Positions 10,533-20,070 of a stretch of DNA of 64,000 nucleotides are shown one piece after another. The first letter of the stretch is position 1. Every line of letters begins with the position of its first letter. Source of the stretch: an uncultured Gemmatimonadota bacterium (GTDB lineage Bacteria; JAAXHH01); the NCBI GenBank assembly GCA_951812955.1, contig OX638340.1, forward strand, positions 1,920,001 to 1,984,000, written 5' to 3'. The notes under the pieces were generated by a model. That model did no database searches and was not told where the DNA came from. It worked only from the letters and a program-made list of their open reading frames with translations. Position numbers and translations under genes: made by a program.

Positions 10533-11491
10533 TCAGGCCGCGCCCAGATACCCAGCGAGTTGAGCGGGCATGATGTTCCCGCCGCTGAGCAGAACCACGA
10601 CTTTCTTGCCTTCCAGCGAAACGATGCCGTTCAACAACGCTGCTACGCCCACGGCGCCGCCCGGTTCAACCACGAGCTTGGTTGCCCCGATGAGGTACTT
10701 CACCGCGTCGATCGCCTGCGCGTCGGAAACCAGGACCATTTCATCCACGTAGGCCATTACGTGTTCGAAGGTAAGGTTGCCGGGGCGCGGCGCCACGAGC
10801 GAGTCGCACACCGTGTTCGGTTCCTGTACCTCGCAGATCTCTTTCTTCAGAAAAGATTGATAAACCGCTTGTGACCCTTCGGGTTGCACCCCGATCACTT
10901 TCACCGCGGGGTTCAGCGTCTTCACGGCCGTGGCGACACCGCCGATAAGGCCGCCGCTACTCACGGGCACGATGACCGCGTCCAGATCCTGTGCCTGCGC
11001 CATGATCTCGGCGCCGATGCTGCCGTGACCCCGAACGACGTTTTCGTCCTCCCACGTGTTGATCGCGGTGATTCCCCGTTCTCTGCCCAGCCGGCCCAGC
11101 GTGTCCCACCGGGCCTGGTTGTGGTTCTCGCACAGAACCGCTTCGCCCCCGTAGTCCCTGGTGCGCCGGATCTTGTACGGCGAGGTTTTCTCCATCATCA
11201 CTATGGCGGTTGGTATCTCGAGCAAAGTTCCCATGAAGGCGAAGGCCGTGGCGAAGTTGCCGGAGGACGAAATGGCGGCGCCTTTTTCCTTCTGAACATC
11301 TGATAGGCGGTTCAGGATGGTAAATGCTGCTCGCGTCTTATACGATCCGGTCACCTGCAGGTTCTCCGCCTTGAACCAGACGTCCGCGCCCGATAGATCG
11401 GAGACCGATGGAGACCGGAGGAGGGGCGTGTATACGATCTCCGGTGGTAGTTCCCGCCGTGCCTGTTCGATTTCTACCAACGTGACCATCA
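10533..11491 (-). CDS. threonine/serine dehydratase (PLP-dependent, fold type II)
   Basis: 'FKAENLQVTGSYKTRAA' PLP-lysine motif, 'SSGNFA', glycine-rich 'VSSGGLIGGVA'; true start set at MMVTLV (GGAGG RBS) rather than the 444-aa track ORF. Confidence 0.75.
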
Positions 11492-11633
11492 TGATACCTC
11501 CGGTTCGCTCAACGTCCCGGGTTGTGTCCGTGTCCGGTGGCCCACGGCAGACAGTTCGACCGACTGTTCCGCTTCCGGACAATCTGTTCAGCCAACTTGC
11601 GGAGTCAAGCGATTTTAACCTGTAACAAGGCAC

Positions 11634-11693
11634 AGGACATCCGGCGCAACAGCTCAGGACATCCGGCGCAAAGGTGCGGGACATCCGACGCAA
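11634..11693. promoter_or_regulatory. three direct repeats GGACATCCGGCGCAA spaced 22 bp (plus a fourth GGACATCC at 11725), upstream of the 11879 gene
   Basis: Repeats at 11634-11649, 11656-11671, 11678-11693; two-helical-turn spacing typical of response-regulator binding sites. Confidence 0.4.
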
Positions 11694-11878
11694 GGCAGCC
11701 AAAGAAAACACGGAAAGGTCTGTCTGGACATCCCGGTCATGAACGCCTATATTGCGCCCTTCGTTGTCACCTGGCGCTTCAGTTGAAGAAACAGGGGCAC
11801 TGAATTGTAGAATATAAGATCGAACGTTGCTGTCTGTATCTGGGGAACCAAACTCGTTGTTCGACACTGGAGGATTGA

Positions 11879-14443
11879 ATGTTATTTCGCCTGACCGCCC
11901 GAATATCCGGCGGCCTGCTATGTGCTTTTGCCGGTCTCCAATTGAATCATGCCATTGCGTCAGCTCAATCTACAGACGATCAGGCTACGCTGAACAAAGG
12001 CATAGCGGAAACCGTGGCGGCGATATCGGAAGAAACCGAACGGACCTCTGACCCGCGGCCTTTCAGCGTTCCCCTTCCCGTATCCAAAACACTCTTCGAC
12101 TACGGAAATCTAGATTCCGACGACTACATACTTTCGGCCAAGCGGGCTGTTTCGACTATCGAGGTGGACGGACACCTGGATGAAGCCGAATGGCAACAGG
12201 CTGAAGTCGCCGGCGATTTCTTCCAGCTTGAACCCGTCGAAGGCGCCCCGGCAACCTTCCCCACCGAAGTCAGAGTGCTGTACGACGACAATAATCTGTA
12301 CGTGGGATTCGTCTGTTTCGACCCCAATCCGGAGAACATCATGGCCCCGGACATGCAACGGGACACCCGGATGAGTTTCTCCAACGACATGGTTACGGTC
12401 GTTATCGCATCCCTCGACCACTACCGCGAAGCCTTCGAATTCCAGACCAATCCCAACGGCGCCCGGTCCGATTCCTTCGTCAGCGCTGAAGGTAACAACT
12501 CGGACCGTGACTGGAACGGATTGTGGAATGCGGCCAGCCAGGTGTACGATTACGGTTGGTCGGCCGAATACGTGATCCCCTTCCACACGCTGCGGTTTCC
12601 CAAGCGCCAGAACCAGACCTGGGGCATAAACTTCGGACGCCGAATCCAGCGCAGCAGGGAGGAATCCTACTGGGTTCCCCTGAGCCTGAAGGACGGCGAC
12701 CAGGCGCTGTTTCGATTCGGCAAGGGCGGCCGACTGACGGCCCTGTTCGATATCACGCCGGGCGGACGGGTCCAGGCGACCCCGTTTACCGTACTTGGCG
12801 CCCAGTCCTCACGGATTACCGAATCCGCCCCGACACCCGCTCGCCCGATCGCCGCGACGGACCTCGACAATGGTATGCAGCGGAGTTTGGGCGGCGACCT
12901 TAAGGTCAGTGTCACATCGGGTCTTACGTTAAATGCGACCGTCAATCCCGATTTCGCCCAGGTGGAAGCGGACGACGAGGTCGTGAACCTTTCCCGCTTC
13001 GAATTCCAGTTTACCGAAAAGCGCCCCTTCTTCCTGGAGCGCAGCGATATCTTCACCTTGAACCAGCGGCCGCAACGACGCGGACCGCAACGTGGCGGCG
13101 GCGACCTGACGCCCCAGCTGTTCTTCAGCCGGCGCGTCGGACGACAGTTGCCGGACGGTCAGTCCGTCCCCATCGACCTCGGCATGCGCCTGACGGGAAA
13201 AATCGGGCATACGACCATCGGGTTCCTGAACGTTCAAACCCGGGAGACCCAGTACGACGACGACGGGGAACAGAAGATGGAACCGCTGACCAACTGGCAA
13301 GCCCTGCGTGTAATACGGGACTTCGGGTCACGGTCGAGCGTCGGCATGATGGCTACCTTCAAGGAACCGAATCCCCGATTCGATGACCGGGTCGGGATGG
13401 CCATACCCCGTTACGCCGAGACCGACTATAACCGCGTGATGGGATTCGACCTGAACCTGGCCTCGCGGGGGACGAATCACCGGGGGCAGATTACTTTCGC
13501 CAAAAGCTGGACCGATACGCTGAGCACCAGCAACCAGGACTGGACTTTTCGGATTATCGAGCGGTGGCAGAACCGGTGGCTTATGTACGGGATTTCCTAC
13601 CTCGACATCGGCGAGGATTTCATCGCCCAGTCCGGCCTGGTCAGAGACGAAGGCCTGCAGCGGGTAGGGGGCGGCATGACGGCCAATACCTTTCTCCGCC
13701 GGTTTGGCATTCGGCGGATCAACGGGGGGTTCAGGAGCAATTATGTGACCCGCAAGAACACGGGTTTCTCCGATGCCGATTCCTGGTCATTCCAGCCCAA
13801 TGTATTCCTGGAACTGGAACGGGGAATGTGGATCTCCGCGTCATATAACATGAATTTCGATACACTCAGCGAAACGACGCGCATAGCCGGCGTTCATTTC
13901 ACCGAAGGATCCTATTCCTTCAACCAGGGCAGTCTCTTCCTCTTTACCGACAGTGGCCGGAAGATCTCCTATCAAGGCAGCGTCCGGTACGGCAGGTTCT
14001 ACGGCGCCGACCTCCTCAGCCTGTCGAGTGAACTGTCCATCAAGCCGAATCCCCGTTTCGCGCTGGAACCTGGCATTACCCGCAGCCGGGTCGACCGGGG
14101 CAATCGCCTGGGTCTGGAGGACGACGAATACGATCATCGTACGCAACTCATACCCAGTGTCCGAATGAGTTACGCCTTCACGCCGAATCTGTCGTTCTCC
14201 TCCTTCGTCCAGTTGAACGCGGATCGGCAGCGGGAGATCGACGATTACCACATGAATACGGTAACGATGAACCTCCTCCTCGCCTACCGGTCGCCCTTCG
14301 GTCACTCGTTCTTCCTGGCTTTCAACCAGTTCCGCGATGACGACCTCGATACCGACGGTACCTTCGGCGTCTACGAACGAACGCCCCTGCGCCTGAGGGA
14401 CCAGCAGATCGTCGCCAAGGTGTCATACCTGCTGAACCTGTAG
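11879..14443 (+). CDS. CBM9-like/DUF5916 family outer-membrane-associated protein (putative carbohydrate-binding N-domain plus C-terminal beta-barrel)
   Basis: Signal peptide; 'IEVDGHLDEAEWQQAEV..DFFQLEPVEG...VRVLYDDNNLYVGFVCFD' resembles CBM family 9/DOMON-like modules; long beta-rich C-terminus. Confidence 0.55.
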   Translation: MLFRLTARISGGLLCAFAGLQLNHAIASAQSTDDQATLNKGIAETVAAISEETERTSDPRPFSVPLPVSKTLFDYGNLDSDDYILSAKRAVSTIEVDGHLDEAEWQQAEVAGDFFQLEPVEGAPATFPTEVRVLYDDNNLYVGFVCFDPNPENIMAPDMQRDTRMSFSNDMVTVVIASLDHYREAFEFQTNPNGARSDSFVSAEGNNSDRDWNGLWNAASQVYDYGWSAEYVIPFHTLRFPKRQNQTWGINFGRRIQRSREESYWVPLSLKDGDQALFRFGKGGRLTALFDITPGGRVQATPFTVLGAQSSRITESAPTPARPIAATDLDNGMQRSLGGDLKVSVTSGLTLNATVNPDFAQVEADDEVVNLSRFEFQFTEKRPFFLERSDIFTLNQRPQRRGPQRGGGDLTPQLFFSRRVGRQLPDGQSVPIDLGMRLTGKIGHTTIGFLNVQTRETQYDDDGEQKMEPLTNWQALRVIRDFGSRSSVGMMATFKEPNPRFDDRVGMAIPRYAETDYNRVMGFDLNLASRGTNHRGQITFAKSWTDTLSTSNQDWTFRIIERWQNRWLMYGISYLDIGEDFIAQSGLVRDEGLQRVGGGMTANTFLRRFGIRRINGGFRSNYVTRKNTGFSDADSWSFQPNVFLELERGMWISASYNMNFDTLSETTRIAGVHFTEGSYSFNQGSLFLFTDSGRKISYQGSVRYGRFYGADLLSLSSELSIKPNPRFALEPGITRSRVDRGNRLGLEDDEYDHRTQLIPSVRMSYAFTPNLSFSSFVQLNADRQREIDDYHMNTVTMNLLLAYRSPFGHSFFLAFNQFRDDDLDTDGTFGVYERTPLRLRDQQIVAKVSYLLNL

Positions 14444-14468
14444 CCTGTTCGATCCGGGGGGGAACAGG
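14444..14468 (+). terminator. putative terminator hairpin CCTGTTC-(10 nt)-GAACAGG immediately after stop codon
   Basis: 7-bp perfect stem seen directly; no U-tract. Confidence 0.3.
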
Positions 14469-14629
14469 CATTACTCCCGGATTGCTTGCGTTTACAGCCG
14501 GGAACTATACAAGTACCTGTGCGTTAAAATCGGGCAGGGAACCGTATTCTTGCCGTTACATAACGTCTTCCGCACGACGAACAACCGATTAGAGAGAACA
14601 TTTTCTCACTTCAGGTATACCCCGGATAC

Positions 14630-15535
14630 ATGATTATGAACCTGCAAAAATCAATAGCTGTGCCGTTGGCAATGACGATCTGCCTGGTCCTCGTCTCCGT
14701 TACCGAGGTATCGGCCCAGGATCGGAGGACTTCGGGCTGGTATGTTTCCGGTGGACTGGGCGGCAACCTGGTATACGGCCTCGACCAGGCGGGTTCGAAC
14801 ACGGAATCCACGTGCTATCCGACCAGCGCCTGCTTCGATTTGGTTCTACGGGAAATTCCCGGTTACCGGTGGCGTTACGATCCGTCCGTCGACCGGGGTA
14901 TCGGTTTCGAAGCTGCCGTCGGACGGGTGTTCGACCGTACCCGCATCGAGGTCTCATTCGCGCATAGGAGAAACAACGTCGACCAGGGACCGCCGCTTGA
15001 GATAACCTATCTCGATGGCACCACCGCGGGAGTGAGTACCTATCTCGGACAGGGACTGGCGCAGACCATCAGCAGCAGTTTCATTGAGGATCAGGTTACT
15101 CGTTCGGTTTCATTGAACGCCTACTACGATCTGCCCTTCGGTCCGCAAAGAATCACGCCCTACGTGGGGGTGGGGACCGGTGCCGCCTTCGTTGAACTGA
15201 CCAGGATCTTCTTTTCGATAGAATACACCGACCCTTCAGGAGAAGGCACGCACTACGATCCCCCCCTGTCATTCTACAACAGCAAGCAGGATACGAGGTT
15301 ATCCAATACAGTCTTCGCGGGGCACGTGTACGCGGGAGCAGCCTACAGTCTGGGCGACCGTACTGCCATCGACCTGAAGATGGCCTACTCCAGGGTGGAC
15401 GACGTCGAACACACCGGTACCTACGAGTATCATCCTTATTTAGAGACGGACCCTGCCTTCACGAATAAAAACACGTTCAGCGCCATGAACCAGTGGTCCG
15501 TGACGGTGAACGTCCGTTTCCTGTTTGGAAACTGA
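14630..15535 (+). CDS. outer membrane beta-barrel protein (OmpA-like/porin-family barrel)
   Basis: Signal peptide ending 'VSAQ'; alternating amphipathic beta-strands; C-terminal '...VNVRFLFGN'. Confidence 0.55.
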   Translation: MIMNLQKSIAVPLAMTICLVLVSVTEVSAQDRRTSGWYVSGGLGGNLVYGLDQAGSNTESTCYPTSACFDLVLREIPGYRWRYDPSVDRGIGFEAAVGRVFDRTRIEVSFAHRRNNVDQGPPLEITYLDGTTAGVSTYLGQGLAQTISSSFIEDQVTRSVSLNAYYDLPFGPQRITPYVGVGTGAAFVELTRIFFSIEYTDPSGEGTHYDPPLSFYNSKQDTRLSNTVFAGHVYAGAAYSLGDRTAIDLKMAYSRVDDVEHTGTYEYHPYLETDPAFTNKNTFSAMNQWSVTVNVRFLFGN

Positions 15536-15589
15536 CGCGGGATCGGCAGACAGCGTCAAGATCAACCAAACCGAGCAGTATTCCGCCGA

Positions 15590-15605
15590 ACGAACGCGTA
15601 CGCGT
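15590..15605. promoter_or_regulatory. perfect 16-bp palindrome GAACGCGTACGCGTTC upstream of the ureohydrolase gene
   Basis: Seen directly, 33 bp upstream of the 15638 start codon. Confidence 0.3.
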
Positions 15606-15637
15606 TCCACCGACGCTCACTGAACCGAAATAGATAC

Positions 15638-16477
15638 ATGATTCTCGAATCGCTCAAAGCGGCTCTGGAAAAATCGGATCGGCAAAAACTTGCGCTGGTG
15701 GGGATCCCCGACGACGCCAATTCCACTTTCCTCCGTGGCGCGGCCGAAGCGCCTCCGAAGATCCGTGCGCAACTCTTCTCCGATGCCTTCAACATGTGGA
15801 CTGAGACGGGTGTCGATCTCGGCGAGGACGTTTTACTCGACGCGGGCGACCTGGACCTGGGCGAGGTCCCCGATGCCTGGGCCGCGATCCAGCACGCCGT
15901 CGAAGCGGTGCTCGATCATGGGCTCACACCCATCTGCCTCGGCGGTGACCACGCCATAACCTGGCCGATCGTTAAGGGGTTCCGGCGCAAGTACGACACG
16001 CTCAGCATCCTTCACTTCGATGCGCACCCTGATCTCTACGACAATTTCGGGGACAACCCCCGCTCCCATGCGTCTCCCTTCGCTCGGATTATGGAAAACC
16101 ACCTGGCGGACCGGCTCGTCCAGGTGGGTATCCGCACCGCAAATGGCCATCAGCGGAAGCAGGCCAGACGGTTTGGGGTCGAGATGATCGAGATGCGGGA
16201 GTTGACCGGGGATCTAAGTCTGGCATTCGACTCGCCCGTCTATATATCGGTGGACGTCGATGGTCTGGATCCGGCGTACGCGCCAGGCGTCTCTCATCCC
16301 GAGCCCGGCGGCCTTTCCCCGCGGCAGGTGATCGACACGATTCAGCGTTTGGACGGCAGAATCGTCGGGGCGGATATCGTCGAGGTCAATCCGCGGAGGG
16401 ATTTCCACGATCTGACGGCGGTCGTCGCGGCTAAGATCGTGAAGGAAGTCGCCGCAAAGATGCTGGTGCATGCATAG
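15638..16477 (+). CDS. agmatinase/arginase-family ureohydrolase
   Basis: Binuclear Mn motifs 'GGDHAIT', 'FDAHPDL', 'SVDVDGLDPAYAPG'. Confidence 0.8.
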   Translation: MILESLKAALEKSDRQKLALVGIPDDANSTFLRGAAEAPPKIRAQLFSDAFNMWTETGVDLGEDVLLDAGDLDLGEVPDAWAAIQHAVEAVLDHGLTPICLGGDHAITWPIVKGFRRKYDTLSILHFDAHPDLYDNFGDNPRSHASPFARIMENHLADRLVQVGIRTANGHQRKQARRFGVEMIEMRELTGDLSLAFDSPVYISVDVDGLDPAYAPGVSHPEPGGLSPRQVIDTIQRLDGRIVGADIVEVNPRRDFHDLTAVVAAKIVKEVAAKMLVHA

Positions 16478-16720
16478 TCGTGCATAGTCGTCCGCACCGG
16501 AATCAGGTGATCTGCAGCAACTGCGCGCTATAGTTACGCGAATTCGGAACTTACGCGTACCTTCCACTTTTCGCGGCGAATCGGGCGTTCACAAACAAAA
16601 ACACGTCCAGCGCCACGAACCAACCTGTCCGTGACACTGAACGTGCGTTTCTGCAGGTAATTGACACGGGACGGCGTTACCCAGGACGGTTCAATTCAGC
16701 CCGTACGCCTGCCCAGCCCC

Positions 16721-18091
16721 CTATCCCGTCGAATCCACGAAGACGCTGTGCGCGCTGCGGTCCTTGCCCGCGTCCTGCGTGTGCTGGTACGACCGATGCT
16801 CGGAAGGTTTGCCAAGTGAGGTGAGGTCAAGCATCTTCTCCGCGGTTCTCGTCGCCACATAGGGCCGCCGGATGTCGGTCGGATTGGCCTGGATGTGCTG
16901 CTTCCAGGCGCCCAGGTCCGTCTTCGCCTGGATCAGCCCCTTGATCATGCCCATGTCGTTCAGCATGGCCACGTCGTCCGCGGGTCCGAGGATGACTGCT
17001 CCGGTGATCGTGGAGCCGTTCCAGATCAGCTTGCGGTAGACCGGCCGGTTGGCGTTGATCACCTCGGTTACGTCGCCGTCCCCCGACCAGTCGCCGAAGC
17101 TCGCGCATTGGAGCCCGCACACGTCGAGGATATTGATCAGCAGGCTGCCGCCATATTCCACGTCCTGGCCGGCCATGTTGGCCCCGGCGATCCGGCCGTG
17201 ATCGACCGCGGTCGGCTGGATGGCGTGCACTGCCTGCCCGCCCGTGGACAGGTCCGGTCCCTCGGCCACGTCGCCCGCGGCGTACACGTTCGCCGCGCTG
17301 GACTGGCAACGGTTGTTGACCAGGACGCCCTGGTTGGTCTCGATACCCGAGCCTTCGAGAAAGCCGATGTTGGCCCTGATCCCGGTGGCCACGATGACCA
17401 CATCCGCCCGGGTGGACGACCCGTCGGAAAGCTGCAGGGTCTTGACGCCGTCGTGGCCGTGATCGATTCCCTGCACGCTTACGCCGGTGTGGACTTCAAC
17501 GCCCTGCGACTCGAGCCAGGAGTTCACGAGGGACGCGCCCTGGGCGTCCAGCATGCGGGGCAGCACCTGCCCTTCGAGCTCGATCACCTTCAGGCGGGCG
17601 CCGCGTTTGTGCATCGCGTTCAGAATGATGAAACCGATGAACCCGGCCCCGATGAAAGCCACCTCGGCATCGCTACCGAGGGCGCTCACGGTCTTTTCCG
17701 CGTCCGCTACGGTCCAGAGATTGTGGACCCCGTCGCCGTCCGCGCCGGGAATGTTCAACTGCTGGGCGGATGACCCGGTGGCGATCAACAGGTTGTCGAA
17801 AGGTACCATGGAGCCGTCGCTGAGCGAGACCATGTTCGCGTAGGGATTCACCTCGGTGACACTGACCCCGAAGCGGGTCTTCACTCCCAGCCTGCCGAAA
17901 TAGTCGTCGTCTCCGGTATTTACCTGTTCGACCGGGATATTCCCTGAGATGTAGTAAGGCAGGGCCATGCGGGAATAGGCCGGCTCATCGGAGATCAGGG
18001 TAATGGACGCGTCCGCATCGTAACCGCGTATCGTTTCGATAGCGTTCATCCCGCCCGGTCCGCCGCCTATAATCACGTGTTCTGTAGCCAT
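16721..18091 (-). CDS. FAD-dependent pyridine nucleotide-disulfide oxidoreductase (NAD(P)H:acceptor/ferredoxin reductase-like)
   Basis: 'VIIGGGPGG' and second 'IGAGFIG' dinucleotide-binding motifs, 'AAGDVA'; last gene of fdx-AOR-AOR operon. Confidence 0.75.
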   Translation of the reverse strand: MATEHVIIGGGPGGMNAIETIRGYDADASITLISDEPAYSRMALPYYISGNIPVEQVNTGDDDYFGRLGVKTRFGVSVTEVNPYANMVSLSDGSMVPFDNLLIATGSSAQQLNIPGADGDGVHNLWTVADAEKTVSALGSDAEVAFIGAGFIGFIILNAMHKRGARLKVIELEGQVLPRMLDAQGASLVNSWLESQGVEVHTGVSVQGIDHGHDGVKTLQLSDGSSTRADVVIVATGIRANIGFLEGSGIETNQGVLVNNRCQSSAANVYAAGDVAEGPDLSTGGQAVHAIQPTAVDHGRIAGANMAGQDVEYGGSLLINILDVCGLQCASFGDWSGDGDVTEVINANRPVYRKLIWNGSTITGAVILGPADDVAMLNDMGMIKGLIQAKTDLGAWKQHIQANPTDIRRPYVATRTAEKMLDLTSLGKPSEHRSYQHTQDAGKDRSAHSVFVDSTG

Positions 18092-18154
18092 AATCCGCTC
18101 CTTCAGAGAAAGTACCGAAAATCGAAGTACAGGTCATCCGTGGTTTGGGTTCCG

Positions 18155-19984
18155 TTACGCGAGTCCCAGTTCCATCAGTTTCTCCGTGGTGGGCCGTCCG
18201 TCCGCCGACCAGCCCCTTGCCGCGTAGTAGTCCGGCAGCATGGCGTCGAGATCGACGGTCACCCCCGCGGAAGGACCATCCTTGTGGGCTTCTTCCATCA
18301 ATCGTTTAGGCAGCGTGTCATCGGCCGCGGTGAGGCCCGCCCTGAGATTCCACAGCCGTTCGATATTCCAGATGCGCTCGCCGATGTGCACGAAGTCTTC
18401 CATGGTATAGTCTACGCCGGTGGCTGCGGACAATACGGGGATCAGGTCTTCCAGCGGCGCGCCCGCCGTGGTGAACATGCAGATGCCCGTGGCGTCGTGG
18501 GCCGTGGTCCGGTTTTGTTCCTCGGCCACCCAGACCGACTTGCCCTCGGTGCCGTGGGGATCGTGCTCGCCGGTGGTCTCGATGCCGGGTGTCCAGGCCC
18601 TCAGGTGACAGGCGCCGCGGTTGCAGGTGGCATAGGCCACGCCCATGCCCTGGAATCCCCGTGGATCGTAAGCGGGGAATTCCTGTCCCTTGACGCCCAT
18701 GAAATACTCCGGATGCTCGAATTTCTCGGTCATCCGCTTTGACCCTTCGGCCAGTTCGTCGCCGAAACCCTCCCGGAATCCCGTGGCTTCCGTCATGGCG
18801 ACCAGAGCCTTGCCGTCACCGAACCGGAACGCCATGCCCGTCTGCCCATCGCTCAGCAGGCCCCGCTCATACATTTCCATGGCCGCGGCCAGCGTGGCGC
18901 CCATGGAAATGGGATCCATGCCGAGATCGTTGCACAGGTAGTTCGCCATGACGATGGCGTCCATGTCATCCACGCCGCAGTCGGCCCCGAGCGACCAGAG
19001 GTTCTCGTATTCGGGTCCTTCCCCGGCGACCTTCCAGTTGCGGGGATGCATGTTGACCATGTACTGGTCGGCATTGGGGGAAACCTGGGTCACACGGCCG
19101 CAGGCGATGTTGCAGGCGAAGCATGCCTTGTTGGCGACCAGCCAGTTATCCTTGATGCTCTCCCCGTTGATCGCCTCGGTGCCCTCGAACTGTCCGGCCG
19201 TGAAATTGCGCGTCGGCAGCCCGCCGAAAGCGTTGACGAGGTCGATCGTTGGCGCTGTGCCTAATTCCGTAAGGCCTTGCCGGCCAGGGCTTTCGGCCAG
19301 GTGTTCGTGATAAGGCCAGATGGCGGACATGTAGTCCCGGGGCCGGGCAATCCGGACCCCCTGGTTGCCGCGTACGGCGATCGCCTTGAGGTTCTTGGAC
19401 CCCATGACGGCGCCGACGCCGGAACGGCCCGCGGCACGGTGCTTGTCGTTGACGATGCACGCGAACCGCACCAGGTTCTCGCCCGCCGGTCCGATGCCGG
19501 CCACCCGTAGTTCGGGCATGCCGGTCTCGTCGCGGATGGCGTCCTCGGTTTCCGAGACCACCTTGCCCCACACATTGGAGGCGTCGCGGATCTCGACGCG
19601 GTCATCATCGACAAGGAGGTAGCACGGACGGTCCGACCGGCCTTCCACGATCACCATGTCGTAGCCGGCGAACTTGAGTTCCGGACCCCAGTGGCCGCCT
19701 GAATTGGACGTCGTGATGGCGCCCGTCAGCGGTCCCTTGGTCACCACCATGTACCTGGATCCGCAGGAGGCGTTGGTGCCCGTCAGCGGCCCGGTGGCCA
19801 TGATCAGCTTGTTGTCCGGTCCGAGGGCGTCGACAGAGGGGTCCATCTCCTCGTAGAGGTACCGCGCGGCCAGCCCGCGGCCGCCGATGTATTCCTCGGC
19901 CCAGTCGAGCCTCAGAGGCTCTTTGGTCGCCTTGCCCCGCGAAAGATCCACCCGCAGGATATGGCCGGCCCACCCGTGTGTCAT
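18155..19984 (-). CDS. aldehyde:ferredoxin oxidoreductase (tungsten/pterin AOR family), paralog 2
   Basis: AOR N-terminal domain 'ILRVDLS..GGRGL..YLYEE', Cys ligands 'CFACNIACGR'; start set at MTHGWAGHIL. Confidence 0.85.
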   Translation of the reverse strand: MTHGWAGHILRVDLSRGKATKEPLRLDWAEEYIGGRGLAARYLYEEMDPSVDALGPDNKLIMATGPLTGTNASCGSRYMVVTKGPLTGAITTSNSGGHWGPELKFAGYDMVIVEGRSDRPCYLLVDDDRVEIRDASNVWGKVVSETEDAIRDETGMPELRVAGIGPAGENLVRFACIVNDKHRAAGRSGVGAVMGSKNLKAIAVRGNQGVRIARPRDYMSAIWPYHEHLAESPGRQGLTELGTAPTIDLVNAFGGLPTRNFTAGQFEGTEAINGESIKDNWLVANKACFACNIACGRVTQVSPNADQYMVNMHPRNWKVAGEGPEYENLWSLGADCGVDDMDAIVMANYLCNDLGMDPISMGATLAAAMEMYERGLLSDGQTGMAFRFGDGKALVAMTEATGFREGFGDELAEGSKRMTEKFEHPEYFMGVKGQEFPAYDPRGFQGMGVAYATCNRGACHLRAWTPGIETTGEHDPHGTEGKSVWVAEEQNRTTAHDATGICMFTTAGAPLEDLIPVLSAATGVDYTMEDFVHIGERIWNIERLWNLRAGLTAADDTLPKRLMEEAHKDGPSAGVTVDLDAMLPDYYAARGWSADGRPTTEKLMELGLA

Positions 19985-20070
19985 GAAGAAGGCTCCGTTC
20001 CTCGGCGCTAGCCGGGTGATGCAGGGCCGCGCCCTGTGGATCACCCTTCCGGCTCATGCCGGATGAAGCG

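Noticed and set aside
16895-17773. 292-aa plus-strand ORF inside the FAD oxidoreductase gene
   Set aside because: Antisense shadow ORF; the minus strand carries two canonical GxGxxG motifs.
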